From contig CAIPMU010000019.1 in assembly GCA_903866275.1 (NCBI GenBank), forward strand, positions 34,763-98,762: a stretch of 64,000 bases of DNA, in the 5' to 3' direction. Made by a program: the position numbers and the translations under genes. The stretch comes from Vampirovibrio chlorellavorus (GTDB taxonomy: Bacteria > Cyanobacteriota > Vampirovibrionia > Vampirovibrionales > Vampirovibrionaceae). Numbering within the stretch: the stretch's first letter is position 1; each line of letters begins with the position of its first letter. Below the pieces are notes generated by a model. That model was given only the letters and a program-made list of their open reading frames with translations, ran no database searches and had not been told where the DNA came from. Positions 1 to 9,616 of the stretch are shown one piece after another.

Positions 1-960
1 CCCGAGGGCGTCCTGCTCATTCCTGATAGCCGACAAAATTCACTGACCATTATGGGTACCGCCCAACAGATAGCCACGGCAGAATCCCTGATACCCACCC
101 TGGATGCCCAACTACCGCAAGTTGCCATTGAAGCCTCATTAATTGAAATTACAGATACCAATGGTAAGACATTTGCACCTCAATGGGGCACAGCACTGGG
201 TGATTTGCAGAGCGGCTTTAACAACCAGCCGGTAGAAGGGACACTGGGTGGCGTGATGAGCGGCTCAAACGGGTTGATTGGTTTAAGAACCGTTGATGCA
301 GCCGATACCGATAGTAAAGCTGGCTCCGGGTTGATCTACACTTCAAGCCCAGTCGCCAGCAAAAGAGATTATCTATTCCAATTAAAAACCCTGGTTAGTA
401 AAAACAGAGCGAAAATTCTCGCGAATCCAACGATTGTGGCCTCTCATGATACGGAATCCGTAATCAGCATTGTGGATGAAATTCTAAGACGCGTCACCAC
501 TACGGTTTCTGATGGCGTCATTACGACCACCAACGAAATTGGTGAAGTCGGTATCGTGCTGGATATTCTCCCTAAAATTGGGGAAGATGGCACCATCAGC
601 ATGCGCTTGCGACCTTGCGTCACAACACCATTAGAAGAAGTTACCAGTGGCGGTCATCTGGTAGTTACCCTGGTGAGCAAACGAGATTTAATGACGCAAA
701 ATTTAAGGGTGCGGGATGGGCAAACGCTGGTCATTGGAGGATTGATTCAGCAAAATGAAACGCTGGCCAGTCAAAAATTCCCAGGACTGGGAGATCTTCC
801 CATTGTCAGTGCCATGTTTCGGGCTTCCCAAAAAAACGGAAAGCGTTCAGAGCTGGTGCTAATGATTACACCGCATATTATTAATAAAAGCAAATTGGCT
901 CCTATTCATTCAGTATCTAGTGATGAGCCTATTCCCACTGGCTTTACAGGAGGAGAATAA
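1..960 (+). CDS. Secretin-family protein, C-terminal portion only; the N-terminus lies upstream of the window. Frame 1 is open from base 1.
   Basis: Secretin C-domain motifs LLANPTIVASHDTESVISIVDE..GEVGIVLDILPKI..GGLIQQNETLASQKFPGLGDLPIVSAMF..KRSELVLMITPHII. The N3-like stretch DSRQNSLTIMGTAQQIATAESLIPTLDAQLPQVAIEASLIEI parallels the same region of the next gene. There is no stop between base 1 and the listed M at 52. Confidence 0.8.
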   Translation, partial: PEGVLLIPDSRQNSLTIMGTAQQIATAESLIPTLDAQLPQVAIEASLIEITDTNGKTFAPQWGTALGDLQSGFNNQPVEGTLGGVMSGSNGLIGLRTVDAADTDSKAGSGLIYTSSPVASKRDYLFQLKTLVSKNRAKILANPTIVASHDTESVISIVDEILRRVTTTVSDGVITTTNEIGEVGIVLDILPKIGEDGTISMRLRPCVTTPLEEVTSGGHLVVTLVSKRDLMTQNLRVRDGQTLVIGGLIQQNETLASQKFPGLGDLPIVSAMFRASQKNGKRSELVLMITPHIINKSKLAPIHSVSSDEPIPTGFTGGE

Positions 961-3305
961 TGCGTTTTCCATTGCAAAAAGCAACTGGTTCCAAAGTCAT
1001 CGGTTTGGCGTTGAGCTTTTTCATACTGCTGAATGTAACGCAAGCGGGTGTTGTGCTGGCCGCAGAGAATGGGGCGTTGAGTGGTGACATCCGTGTGACT
1101 GTCAATCCGGCCAACATTAAGGAGAGTTTGCCGATTCCCGGAGGCACTCGTAAAGTCACCATGTCGCTTCACGATGTGGATCTTCAGGACGCCTTGCGCG
1201 CTCTGGGGCAAAAGGGAAACTTCAATGTCCTGATTGATGAGTCCGTCACCGGTAAAATCAATGTCGATTTAAATAACGTCAGCATTCAGGATGCGCTGGA
1301 AACTTTAAAAGCCTGTGGCAATCTGGTATACGAAGTTCAGGGGAAAAATTTAACCGTCGCCGAGGCCAATTCGTCCAAAGCACAGGCGTTTAAAAAGTCA
1401 ACGACGCGAATTTTTCATCTGGAATACGCCAACGCCAAAGTCATCGCTGATTTTTTAAATTCCACCATTTTTGTGGATCGAGCAAAAGGTGGCAGCTCCT
1501 CGGGGTCTGCTGGCGGCGCTGCCAATTCAACGGGCAATAACACGTCCAGTGCATCAGGCGCAGCGGCTAGTAGTACAGGCGCAAGCGCTTCGGGCGCTGC
1601 ATCAGGCTCAGGCGGGTCCAGCACTGGAGGCTCAACCTCGTCTTCGGGGCCAGTCAGTGCAGATTACAATACGAACAGCTTGATTGTGGTGGGTGATCCT
1701 GCGGATATTAAAGTGGTTGAAACTCATTTATCAGCACTGGATAAACCCCGACTGTCCAAAACATGGCGACTGAGTCAGTCCAACGTTTTGGATGTTGCCG
1801 CAGCACTAGGCGCCAGTTTGTTTAATGAAGGCCAACCACTCCTGCAGATTGGATCCACTAGCAGCAGCGGTACCACACAGCCCAGTATCATGAGAGCCAA
1901 TCTGGAATCAATCTCGGAAGGAGCCGGTTCTGCCCAGACGGATGCAGGGTCTAGCGGTAAAGTAACTGGTTCTTTCTCCAGTAGCACCATCCGAACTCGT
2001 ATTCAGGCCGTTCAAAATATTGCGATTTCACCCACTGGCGCCATTATCATGCCAGATACCCGACTCAATACACTCACCCTCATGGGTACAGCTGAGCAGA
2101 TTGAACTGGCAGACTCATTTATTGCCTTACAGGATCGTAAAGCGCCACAAGTTGTTCTGGAAGCGGCATTAATCGAAGTTCAGGAAAGTACAGAAAATAG
2201 CCTCGGTTTATACAGCGGTGGTAATAATCGTGGCGTCAGTTTTGGCTCGAATAATACGGGCAGTGCATTTACCAATGCCATTGGGCGCACCGCCACGGAT
2301 GATGGCGTGAATATTTTTCGGATTAGCACCAATCCCAGTGCGATGAGTAAAGATTTTTTCTATCAGCTGAATGCGATGCTCAGCAAAAACAAGGCCAAAT
2401 TATTAGCCAACCCCACTATGATCACCTCGAACGATAATGAGGGGATTATCAAAATTGTGGACGAAATCATCTCCTCGGTGACGGTAACTGCGGCGAGCCT
2501 GGGTACAGCTTCATCAGTCACTTATAACATCGGCGAAGTGGGTATTATTCTGAATATTTTGCCCAAAATCGGCGCGAATAAAACAGTTTCCATGCGGGTA
2601 AGGCCCATCATCAGTACAGTTCATGCCACCAAAACCGATTCAAACGGTAATATTGTCACCCTGTTGTCCAAACGGGAAACATTAAATCAAAATGTTCAGG
2701 TTGCTGACGGTGAAACATTTGTGTTGGGTGGATTACTTCATAACACAAGCCGTCAAACCGTGCTGAGCAACCCCATGCTGTCTAAACTACCAATCCTGGG
2801 GGCCTTGGCCAGAAATACGGACAATGCCAAAAAACGGAGTGAACTTATTATTTTAATCACCCCGCATGTGATCAACGACGAATCCGAGTTATCCCGGACA
2901 GTGCCCAGAACCCTGGGACCGGCAACACAGCCTGCCACGTTTAACGGTTTCAGCAGTTCAGCAGTTGGCAGTAAAGGATTTGTGCCTGTCTCATTTTCCG
3001 GTAGCAGTAATACATCCAACAGTGCGCTGCCCCCCATGATGCCAACACACGCCTTTGACCGCAAAAACAATGGTACCGATCCGCTGGAAGGAAAGCCCTA
3101 TGCCCGCCCATTGCCCATTCCCTCGGGTGCTCTGTTGCCGGATGAGATCAAGGCTGCACCAGAGCCAACCTTGAGAACCACGAAGGCCAGTGTGATTTCC
3201 CAACCGGCCAGCCCCAAATTCATGTCGACTGAAAGCACCACGGCTGTCCAGAATAACGATCTGTCGGATGACAAGATTCGGGCCATCATGGACAAGTTAA
3301 AGTAA
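960..3305 (+). CDS. pilQ: PilQ-like type IV pilus / type II secretion family secretin, 781 aa. It has a signal peptide, an N0-like domain, a Gly/Ser/Ala-rich linker, secretin_N domains, a secretin domain and a ~150-aa C-terminal tail.
   Basis: The ATG at 960 overlaps the upstream TAA stop (TAATG) and is preceded by AGGAGG. N0-like stretch: MSLHDVDLQDALRALGQKGNFNVLIDESVTGKINVDLNNVSIQDALETL. Secretin domain: LLANPTMITSNDNEGIIKIVDEI..GEVGIILNILPKI..GGLLHNTSRQTVLSNPMLSKLPILGAL..KRSELIILITPHVIN. Confidence 0.8.
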   Translation: MRFPLQKATGSKVIGLALSFFILLNVTQAGVVLAAENGALSGDIRVTVNPANIKESLPIPGGTRKVTMSLHDVDLQDALRALGQKGNFNVLIDESVTGKINVDLNNVSIQDALETLKACGNLVYEVQGKNLTVAEANSSKAQAFKKSTTRIFHLEYANAKVIADFLNSTIFVDRAKGGSSSGSAGGAANSTGNNTSSASGAAASSTGASASGAASGSGGSSTGGSTSSSGPVSADYNTNSLIVVGDPADIKVVETHLSALDKPRLSKTWRLSQSNVLDVAAALGASLFNEGQPLLQIGSTSSSGTTQPSIMRANLESISEGAGSAQTDAGSSGKVTGSFSSSTIRTRIQAVQNIAISPTGAIIMPDTRLNTLTLMGTAEQIELADSFIALQDRKAPQVVLEAALIEVQESTENSLGLYSGGNNRGVSFGSNNTGSAFTNAIGRTATDDGVNIFRISTNPSAMSKDFFYQLNAMLSKNKAKLLANPTMITSNDNEGIIKIVDEIISSVTVTAASLGTASSVTYNIGEVGIILNILPKIGANKTVSMRVRPIISTVHATKTDSNGNIVTLLSKRETLNQNVQVADGETFVLGGLLHNTSRQTVLSNPMLSKLPILGALARNTDNAKKRSELIILITPHVINDESELSRTVPRTLGPATQPATFNGFSSSAVGSKGFVPVSFSGSSNTSNSALPPMMPTHAFDRKNNGTDPLEGKPYARPLPIPSGALLPDEIKAAPEPTLRTTKASVISQPASPKFMSTESTTAVQNNDLSDDKIRAIMDKLK

Positions 3306-3391
3306 GTCGATTGAACCTTCCCAAAAAACAGACAGCTCAAATGCTCCATGCATCAAAAGGTTCACTCAACCTCGGAGTGCCGTCGCTTGAG

Positions 3392-5233
3392 TTAAGCTTG
3401 CGCGGTGAGCAACTTTGCTCTGAAGCTTAAATTGCGCGTGGTCATATCCTGCTCATAGCACTGCACTTCCTGAAGCATGCGGGGCTCATCCCACTCCATT
3501 AACGCCGCCATGAGTTGGGCCGTGGCATGCATGATTGAAAATCCAAGATCCGGGTTTAAACCCGCCCCAATCCGACGCAGCAGGACATCTTCCAGCGAGC
3601 AGGCCATCTCACAGCGCACCGCATAAACCACCTGTACCGCTAAAACCTGCGGCGAGCCCGATGACATGTCAGCGGCATCAACCGTTTTGACACTAACCTG
3701 GGGTAACGGCTTTATCCATGCCGGATTCTCCTGAAGGAGGGCCAGTACAGCATGCGCCCGACTGCCATAGAGCGACAAAAGCCCCTGCACCGTGTTCGGA
3801 TCCAGAGCGGCGGACGCACACAGTTCAGGCACTACTTTTGCCAGATAGTCGGTCCAGTTGAGGATACCCTCTCCCCCCGGCAAAGGGCGGTGTCGGGTAT
3901 CACCCGACGGTGGCGCCATCCCGTTGGGCAGGCTTAAATGATACGTTAAAGCCGCATAATCCACGGCCTCCTCCGCTAAATTGCGGTAGGTTGTTAACTT
4001 GCCCCCAATGATCGAGATCAACCCGGCGACAGGCCAGGCAGGGTCCTGGGCATGATCAACAATCCAGTGCTTGCGCGTGATCTTGCCCGCTTTTTTACCT
4101 TCGGCATAGGGTAAAGGACGAATACCCGCATAGGCGTAGAGTACGCTGGCCGCCGTCAAATGGGCCTGAGGCAAGACCGTGTTGGTTTCTGCCAACAGGT
4201 AAGCCACTTCATCGTCCGTTGGGATCACCGCATCCAGATCATCCATGTAGCGCGTATCGGTGGTGCCAATCAGCAAGGTCTCATTCAGCCAGGGCAGGAT
4301 AAAAAAGGGTCTGCCGTCCGTGCGGGCCTCGGCGTACAGGGCTGTCTCCGGGGCACCAGAAAATCGCCGGACCACGATATGCGTGCCTTTGGTCCCACCC
4401 ATGCGGGGACGGAGCGAATGCGTCGCAATATGCTCAGAATCCTGTGCAATACTAAGTTGCAGCAATTCATCCACCCACGGACCCGAGGCATTGATAAACA
4501 CTCGCCCGCGAACAGTGTGGCATTGACCACTGAGTGTGTCCTGGAACCGCAGACTGGTAAGGGTCTGATTGTCGACCCCCAGTTGGTCCACCCTGGCGTG
4601 GTTGAGCATCGTGGCGTTGCCGGTTTCCATGGCGGCAATGACGTTTTCAATACAGATCCGTTCCGGAAACAATACTTGGGCGTCGTAATAAACCGGGCCA
4701 CCCTGTAGCCCCTCCGCATGGACACCGGGATATGTGGCCTCAAATTCGGCACGATTGAGCAATCGATGCGGAGGCATCGACTTTCCCCAGGACAGCACAT
4801 CGTAGAGCAGCATCCCCAGTTCAATTTTCCACAATGGATTTTGTCCATTCCGGTAGACAGGAATCGCCATTGGCAAGGGCTTGACCAAATGGGGTGCGTT
4901 CTTCAGCAATAAAGCCCGTTCTCGCAACGATTCACGCACCAGATCAAATTCCAGATTCGCCAGATAGCGCAGCCCGCCATGAATTAATCGACTGGAATAA
5001 GCCGACGCCCCGGCGCCAAAATCCTGCTTTTCCAGCAATAAAACCGTGAGTCCCCGCTGGGCTGCATCGCGAGCAATACCGGTCCCATTGATGCCGCCGC
5101 CAATCACCACCAGATCATACAGCGGCCACTCCGTGGAAGCGTCCAGTCTTAACACGCCTGATTGCGGTTCCCGTCGGGGTAAACGGCGGCTGCTGACTGG
5201 ACTACCGTTTTTTTTAGCCGAATCCGGACTCAT
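3392..5233 (-). CDS. glpD: FAD-dependent glycerol-3-phosphate dehydrogenase (GlpD/GlpA family), long form with a C-terminal domain.
   Basis: Motif DLVVIGGGINGTGIARDAAQRGLTVLLLEKQDFGAGASAYSSRLIHGGLRYL. The listed ORF begins with GTG at 5284; I took the in-frame ATG at 5233 (MSPDSAKK..) as the more likely start. Either way there is an Arg/Ser/Pro-rich N-terminal extension of more than 40 aa before the FAD motif. Confidence 0.8.
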   Translation of the reverse strand: MSPDSAKKNGSPVSSRRLPRREPQSGVLRLDASTEWPLYDLVVIGGGINGTGIARDAAQRGLTVLLLEKQDFGAGASAYSSRLIHGGLRYLANLEFDLVRESLRERALLLKNAPHLVKPLPMAIPVYRNGQNPLWKIELGMLLYDVLSWGKSMPPHRLLNRAEFEATYPGVHAEGLQGGPVYYDAQVLFPERICIENVIAAMETGNATMLNHARVDQLGVDNQTLTSLRFQDTLSGQCHTVRGRVFINASGPWVDELLQLSIAQDSEHIATHSLRPRMGGTKGTHIVVRRFSGAPETALYAEARTDGRPFFILPWLNETLLIGTTDTRYMDDLDAVIPTDDEVAYLLAETNTVLPQAHLTAASVLYAYAGIRPLPYAEGKKAGKITRKHWIVDHAQDPAWPVAGLISIIGGKLTTYRNLAEEAVDYAALTYHLSLPNGMAPPSGDTRHRPLPGGEGILNWTDYLAKVVPELCASAALDPNTVQGLLSLYGSRAHAVLALLQENPAWIKPLPQVSVKTVDAADMSSGSPQVLAVQVVYAVRCEMACSLEDVLLRRIGAGLNPDLGFSIMHATAQLMAALMEWDEPRMLQEVQCYEQDMTTRNLSFRAKLLTAQA

Positions 5234-5787
5234 GGGCAAACTCGCAGCTCCCTGTTGGCGTGAACGATCATATTCTCTATTCACGCTCCCTCAAATCTCT
5301 CCATTATCATACCGTGTTTAATATTGACTGTCATAAGTGAATTCACCCCAACAAGCCCCAGGTGAATTTTGTTCAAAAATAAAGCAACAAATCTTGTCAG
5401 ATCAATCGAATTATCCAGCCAAAACCGTGGGCCAGTTCGACGCCAAGATCGTTCAGCGGAAAGACCCCCTGGAAAGGGGCACAGCTGCCAATGATTCGGC
5501 GTGAACGACTTCGACGGGAGCGTCAGTGATTGCGACATGACAACGCATTCCTGCAAAACCGCAATTGGCAGGACCAATAAAATTAAAACGGTGTATTAAC
5601 GATTGCAACACCCGCTTGCCCATTATTTGGGGTTTTCAGGAATATTGGGTACAATGTTATAAAGGAAGTCTCTGTGGGCGGGCTTCGATAAAACCGGAGA
5701 GAGCAGCGCCCCACCGACTTTCGGCTGAATATTGCAACCCAAGCTGTCTAAACGCCTTGTACAGTCTGTTGAGAAGAGAGAACAGTC

Positions 5788-7203
5788 TTGACTACTACCC
5801 TGCATAAACCGCTGTTGGCGGAACGTCTGGCCACATACGCCCATGAATTGACCTATGAGAAACTCCCCCATGCCGCGGTGCTAGAGGCCAAACGACGCAT
5901 CATCGACGCACTGGGCTGCGCCATGGGCGCCATTTCCTGTGGCAGCGAACCTGCGCGCATTGCCGTTCAGGTGGCCGCTACGGCCAGTAATCCCAATGGC
6001 GCCACGGTACTGACCACCACCCACAAAAGCTCCCCGGATCTCGCGGCTTTTGCCAGCGGTGTGATGATGCGCTATCTGGACTTTAACGATACCTACCTGT
6101 CCAAGGAGCCCGCACACCCCAGCGATAACATTGCCGCCGTACTGGCCGTGGCTGAGGCCGAAAAACGCAGCGGACGGGATATTCTGACCGCCATCGTGCT
6201 AGCCTACGAAATTCAGTGTCGCCTGTGCGATGCGGCCAGCATTCGGTCCCGCGGTTGGGATCATGTCACTTACGGTGCCTTTTCCGCGGGTTTGGCTGCC
6301 GGAAAACTGTATAACCTGAGCAAACAGCAACTGGTCCATGTGCAGGGTTTGGCCGCAACGCCGAACAACGCCATGCGCCAAACCCGAGTAGGCGAACTCT
6401 CCAACTGGAAAGGGTGCGCCTTTGCCAATGCCTCCCGTAACGCGGTGTTTGCGGCCATGTTGGCCAAGGCGGGCATGACGGGTCCCTCCGAAATTTTTGA
6501 AGGCGAAATGGGCTTCTGGGCACAAATCTCCGGCCCGTTTGAACTGGCCACCCTGGGTGGTGAAAACGGCAGCACCGATTTCATGATCAACCACACCTAT
6601 GTGAAGCACTTCCCGGCTGAATACCACTCGCAAAGCGCCATTGAAGCCGCGCTGGAACTGCGCGAGGCAATTGGGGCCAAAGACATCGATCAAAAAATTG
6701 AGTCCATCACCATTGAGAGCTTTGATGCCGCCGTGGATATTATCGCGGGCTTTGAGGAGCATTGGCATCCCAAAACGCGCGAAACCGCTGATCATAGCAT
6801 GCCCTATTGCGTTTCGGCGGCGCTCATGGACGGGGACATTACGCTGGATACCTTTACCGATGCCCGCATTCAGGATCCCCAATTGGTGGCCCTGCTGCAA
6901 AAGGTGAAAGTCAACCGCAACACGGAAATGACTGCTGGCTACCCCGACGGTATTCCCAACCTGTTGATCATTAAAACCACCGATGGGCAGGAATTCCGCA
7001 AGGAAATCCGCTACCCGTTAGGCCATAACAAAAACCCCATGAGCGATCAGGACGTTGAGAAAAAATTCCGCTCGATGGCCAGCCGTGTGATGTCCGAAAA
7101 GGCCGTCAACGAAATCCTGGATGAACTGTGGCGCATCGATACCTGCGAGGACATCTCTGAAATCATGACCCTGTTTGCCAATGCGTTAGCGGCAGGTTGT
7201 TAA
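5788..7203 (+). CDS. prpD: 2-Methylcitrate dehydratase, MmgE/PrpD family.
   Basis: The 471-aa product aligns with PrpD from the N-terminus (ERLATYAHELTYEKLPHAAVLEAKRRIIDALGCAMGAI). The start is TTG; the frame is closed by TGA at 5770. Confidence 0.85.
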   Translation: MTTTLHKPLLAERLATYAHELTYEKLPHAAVLEAKRRIIDALGCAMGAISCGSEPARIAVQVAATASNPNGATVLTTTHKSSPDLAAFASGVMMRYLDFNDTYLSKEPAHPSDNIAAVLAVAEAEKRSGRDILTAIVLAYEIQCRLCDAASIRSRGWDHVTYGAFSAGLAAGKLYNLSKQQLVHVQGLAATPNNAMRQTRVGELSNWKGCAFANASRNAVFAAMLAKAGMTGPSEIFEGEMGFWAQISGPFELATLGGENGSTDFMINHTYVKHFPAEYHSQSAIEAALELREAIGAKDIDQKIESITIESFDAAVDIIAGFEEHWHPKTRETADHSMPYCVSAALMDGDITLDTFTDARIQDPQLVALLQKVKVNRNTEMTAGYPDGIPNLLIIKTTDGQEFRKEIRYPLGHNKNPMSDQDVEKKFRSMASRVMSEKAVNEILDELWRIDTCEDISEIMTLFANALAAGC

Positions 7204-7229
7204 AGCCTGATTTTTAAGGAACCCCCAGC

Positions 7230-8144
7230 ATGAGTGAAGCCCTCCTTCAGCCTGAGCCCAACAAGCCCTCCCGGTTGCGGGCCTTGCTTGCCCAGGGCAC
7301 CGTGATGATGCCGGGCGCGTTTAATGCCATTTCCGCCAAAATTGTGGAGAACGTAGGCTTTTCAGCCCTGTATGTCTCGGGCGCGGGCATTTCCAACGGT
7401 GTGGGCGGTTACCCGGACATCGGTTTTATGACCGCCTCGGAAATGGCCACCCAGGCCGGGTATATTGCTCGATCGGTGAACATCCCGGCCATTGCCGACG
7501 CCGATAACGGCTATGGCGAAGCGGTCAACGTGTTTCGCACCGTGCAGGAGTACGAGCGCCAGGGGCTCAGTGGCCTGCATCTGGAGGATCAGGTGATCCC
7601 CAAACGCTGCGGGCACCTGGACGGCAAGCAAGTCATTTCGGTGGAACACATGCGGGAGAAAATTGCCGCCGCTGTTCAGGCGCGCGTGAACCCGGATTTC
7701 CTGATCATTGCCCGTGTGGATTCCAAGGCGGTGTATGGCTTTGATGAAGCGGTGACGCGCGCGCAAGCCTATCTGGATGCGGGCGCGGACATGATTTTCC
7801 CCGAAGCCCTGAACACGCGCGAGGAGTTCGAGGAGTTCGCCCGGCAAATCAAAGCCCCCTTGCTGGCCAATATGACCGAATTTGGCAAAACCCCCTATTT
7901 GACGGTTAAAGAGTTTGAACGCTTTGGTTACAATATCGTTATCTTCCCAATGACTGCCTTTCGCATTATGATGAAGTCGGTTGAGGACAGTCTGAGAGTC
8001 TTAAAGGCAGAAGGCACCCAGATTTCCCTGCTGGATCGGATGACCTCCCGTGAGGATCTGTACCGCCTCATCCACTATCAGGATTATGAGTCGCTGGACG
8101 CCAGTTTGGCCACCCAGTTCTCTGATAAAGCTCCCGGCGGTTAA
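7230..8144 (+). CDS. prpB: Methylisocitrate lyase (isocitrate lyase / PEP mutase superfamily).
   Basis: Motifs PGAFNAISAKIVENVGFSALYVSGAGISN and KRCGHLDGKQVIS. Confidence 0.9.
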   Translation: MSEALLQPEPNKPSRLRALLAQGTVMMPGAFNAISAKIVENVGFSALYVSGAGISNGVGGYPDIGFMTASEMATQAGYIARSVNIPAIADADNGYGEAVNVFRTVQEYERQGLSGLHLEDQVIPKRCGHLDGKQVISVEHMREKIAAAVQARVNPDFLIIARVDSKAVYGFDEAVTRAQAYLDAGADMIFPEALNTREEFEEFARQIKAPLLANMTEFGKTPYLTVKEFERFGYNIVIFPMTAFRIMMKSVEDSLRVLKAEGTQISLLDRMTSREDLYRLIHYQDYESLDASLATQFSDKAPGG

Positions 8145-8246
8145 GCCGTCGCCATACCCACTTTAGTTTTTCAGTCCAGATGAATCGCGTTTTTCAGACT
8201 CATCCCAAATTTTATAAAATTATTCAATCCTACAAAGGGGACCACC

Positions 8247-9377
8247 ATGAAAACGGCAGAATACAGTCCAGGTCTTGAAGGCGTTATCGCCGGACCCACC
8301 ACGATTTCTCATGTCAACCCGGAACTCGTCAGCCTGATGTACCGGGGCTACGATATTAAAGACCTCGTGCAGCACTCCACCTTTGAAGAAGTGGCCTATC
8401 TGCTGATTCAGGGCCACCTGCCCTCGACCAAAGAGTACAACGATTTTTGCGCCCTGCTGAAAAGCGAACGCACTATTCCTCAAGCCGTGGTGGATGCGTT
8501 TAAGAACATTCCGCCCAACAGCAACCCCATGGATATGTTGCGTGCAGGCGTGAGCATTCTGTGTTTCCACGACCCGGATCGCGATGACAACAGCCATGAC
8601 GCCAACTTGCGGAAAGCTTTCCGGCTGGTGGCCAAATTCCCTGCCCTGATTGCATACAGCTACCGGATTAATCGCGGTCAATCCATTGTGGAACCCGACA
8701 ACACGCTGGGCCACGGCGAAAACTTCCTGTACATGCTACTCGGCCAAAAGCCGGATCCGTATATTGCCCATGTCTTCGATTGCTCGCTGATGAGCTACGC
8801 CGAGCACGGTTTCAACGCCTCGACGTTTGCGGCACGGGTTACCGTTTCCACCCTCTCGGATCTTTATTCCGGCACCGTCTCCGCCATTGGCGCCCTGAAG
8901 GGCCCGCTGCACGGCGGCGCCAACGAAGAAGCCATGCACATGCTGATGGAAGTAGGCTCACCCGAGAATGCGGAAGCCTGGGTGCTGGATGCGCTGGCCA
9001 CCAAGAAAAAAATCATGGGCTTTGGCCACCGCGAATACAAAACCGGCGACCCGCGCGCGGCTATCCTCACCGAAATGGGCGCGGAAATCAGCCAGAAACT
9101 GGGCGACAATCACTGGTACCAAACCGCCAGCATTGTGGAAGAAGTGATGCGTCGCGAGAAAAATATCGTGCCCAACGTGGACTTCCCCACCTCCTACATT
9201 TACTACCTGATGGGTCTGCCCATTGAAATTTACACGCCCATCTTCGCGTTGGCCCGCATTGCAGGCTGGACGGCCCATATGATCGAGCAATTGGACAACA
9301 ATCGCCTGATCCGCCCCAAAGCCCTGTACGAAGGCCCGCAGCATGTCGAGTACGTCACTCGGGAACAACGCGGTTAA
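8247..9377 (+). CDS. prpC: 2-Methylcitrate synthase / citrate synthase family.
   Basis: GFGHREYKTGDPRA motif, 376 aa, located directly downstream of prpD and prpB. Confidence 0.85.
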   Translation: MKTAEYSPGLEGVIAGPTTISHVNPELVSLMYRGYDIKDLVQHSTFEEVAYLLIQGHLPSTKEYNDFCALLKSERTIPQAVVDAFKNIPPNSNPMDMLRAGVSILCFHDPDRDDNSHDANLRKAFRLVAKFPALIAYSYRINRGQSIVEPDNTLGHGENFLYMLLGQKPDPYIAHVFDCSLMSYAEHGFNASTFAARVTVSTLSDLYSGTVSAIGALKGPLHGGANEEAMHMLMEVGSPENAEAWVLDALATKKKIMGFGHREYKTGDPRAAILTEMGAEISQKLGDNHWYQTASIVEEVMRREKNIVPNVDFPTSYIYYLMGLPIEIYTPIFALARIAGWTAHMIEQLDNNRLIRPKALYEGPQHVEYVTREQRG

Positions 9378-9400
9378 GCCATTCTGTAAACATTTTGCTT

Positions 9401-9440
9401 AAAACCCTGCCCACTGTGTTGGCAGGGTTTTGACTTTTTT
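9401..9440 (+). terminator. Rho-independent terminator downstream of prpC.
   Basis: aaaaCCCTGCCcactgtgttGGCAGGGttttgactttttt: a 7-bp GC-rich stem followed by a T-tract. Confidence 0.55.
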
Positions 9441-9616
9441 GTCCTTCAATTTTTTATATTAAAAAGAACATTAGGTTCAATTCTTTAAAAAGCAAGCTAT
9501 AATAAAGAAGAGTGGGTAAAAACAAACAATGCTCCTCAAGGCCCAAACAGTCAGACTATGGCCTGTTTTAAAGTCTTGGAAGCTCTAATACCCGCAGGCA
9601 GACCCATTGAGGCATT

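Noticed and set aside
5340-5368. 8-bp inverted repeat (AATTCACC-N13-GGTGAATT) in the glpD-prpD divergent promoter region, considered as a GlpR or PrpR operator.
   Set aside because: It does not match known GlpR or sigma-54/PrpR site architectures and is within chance expectation. It is noted only as a candidate.
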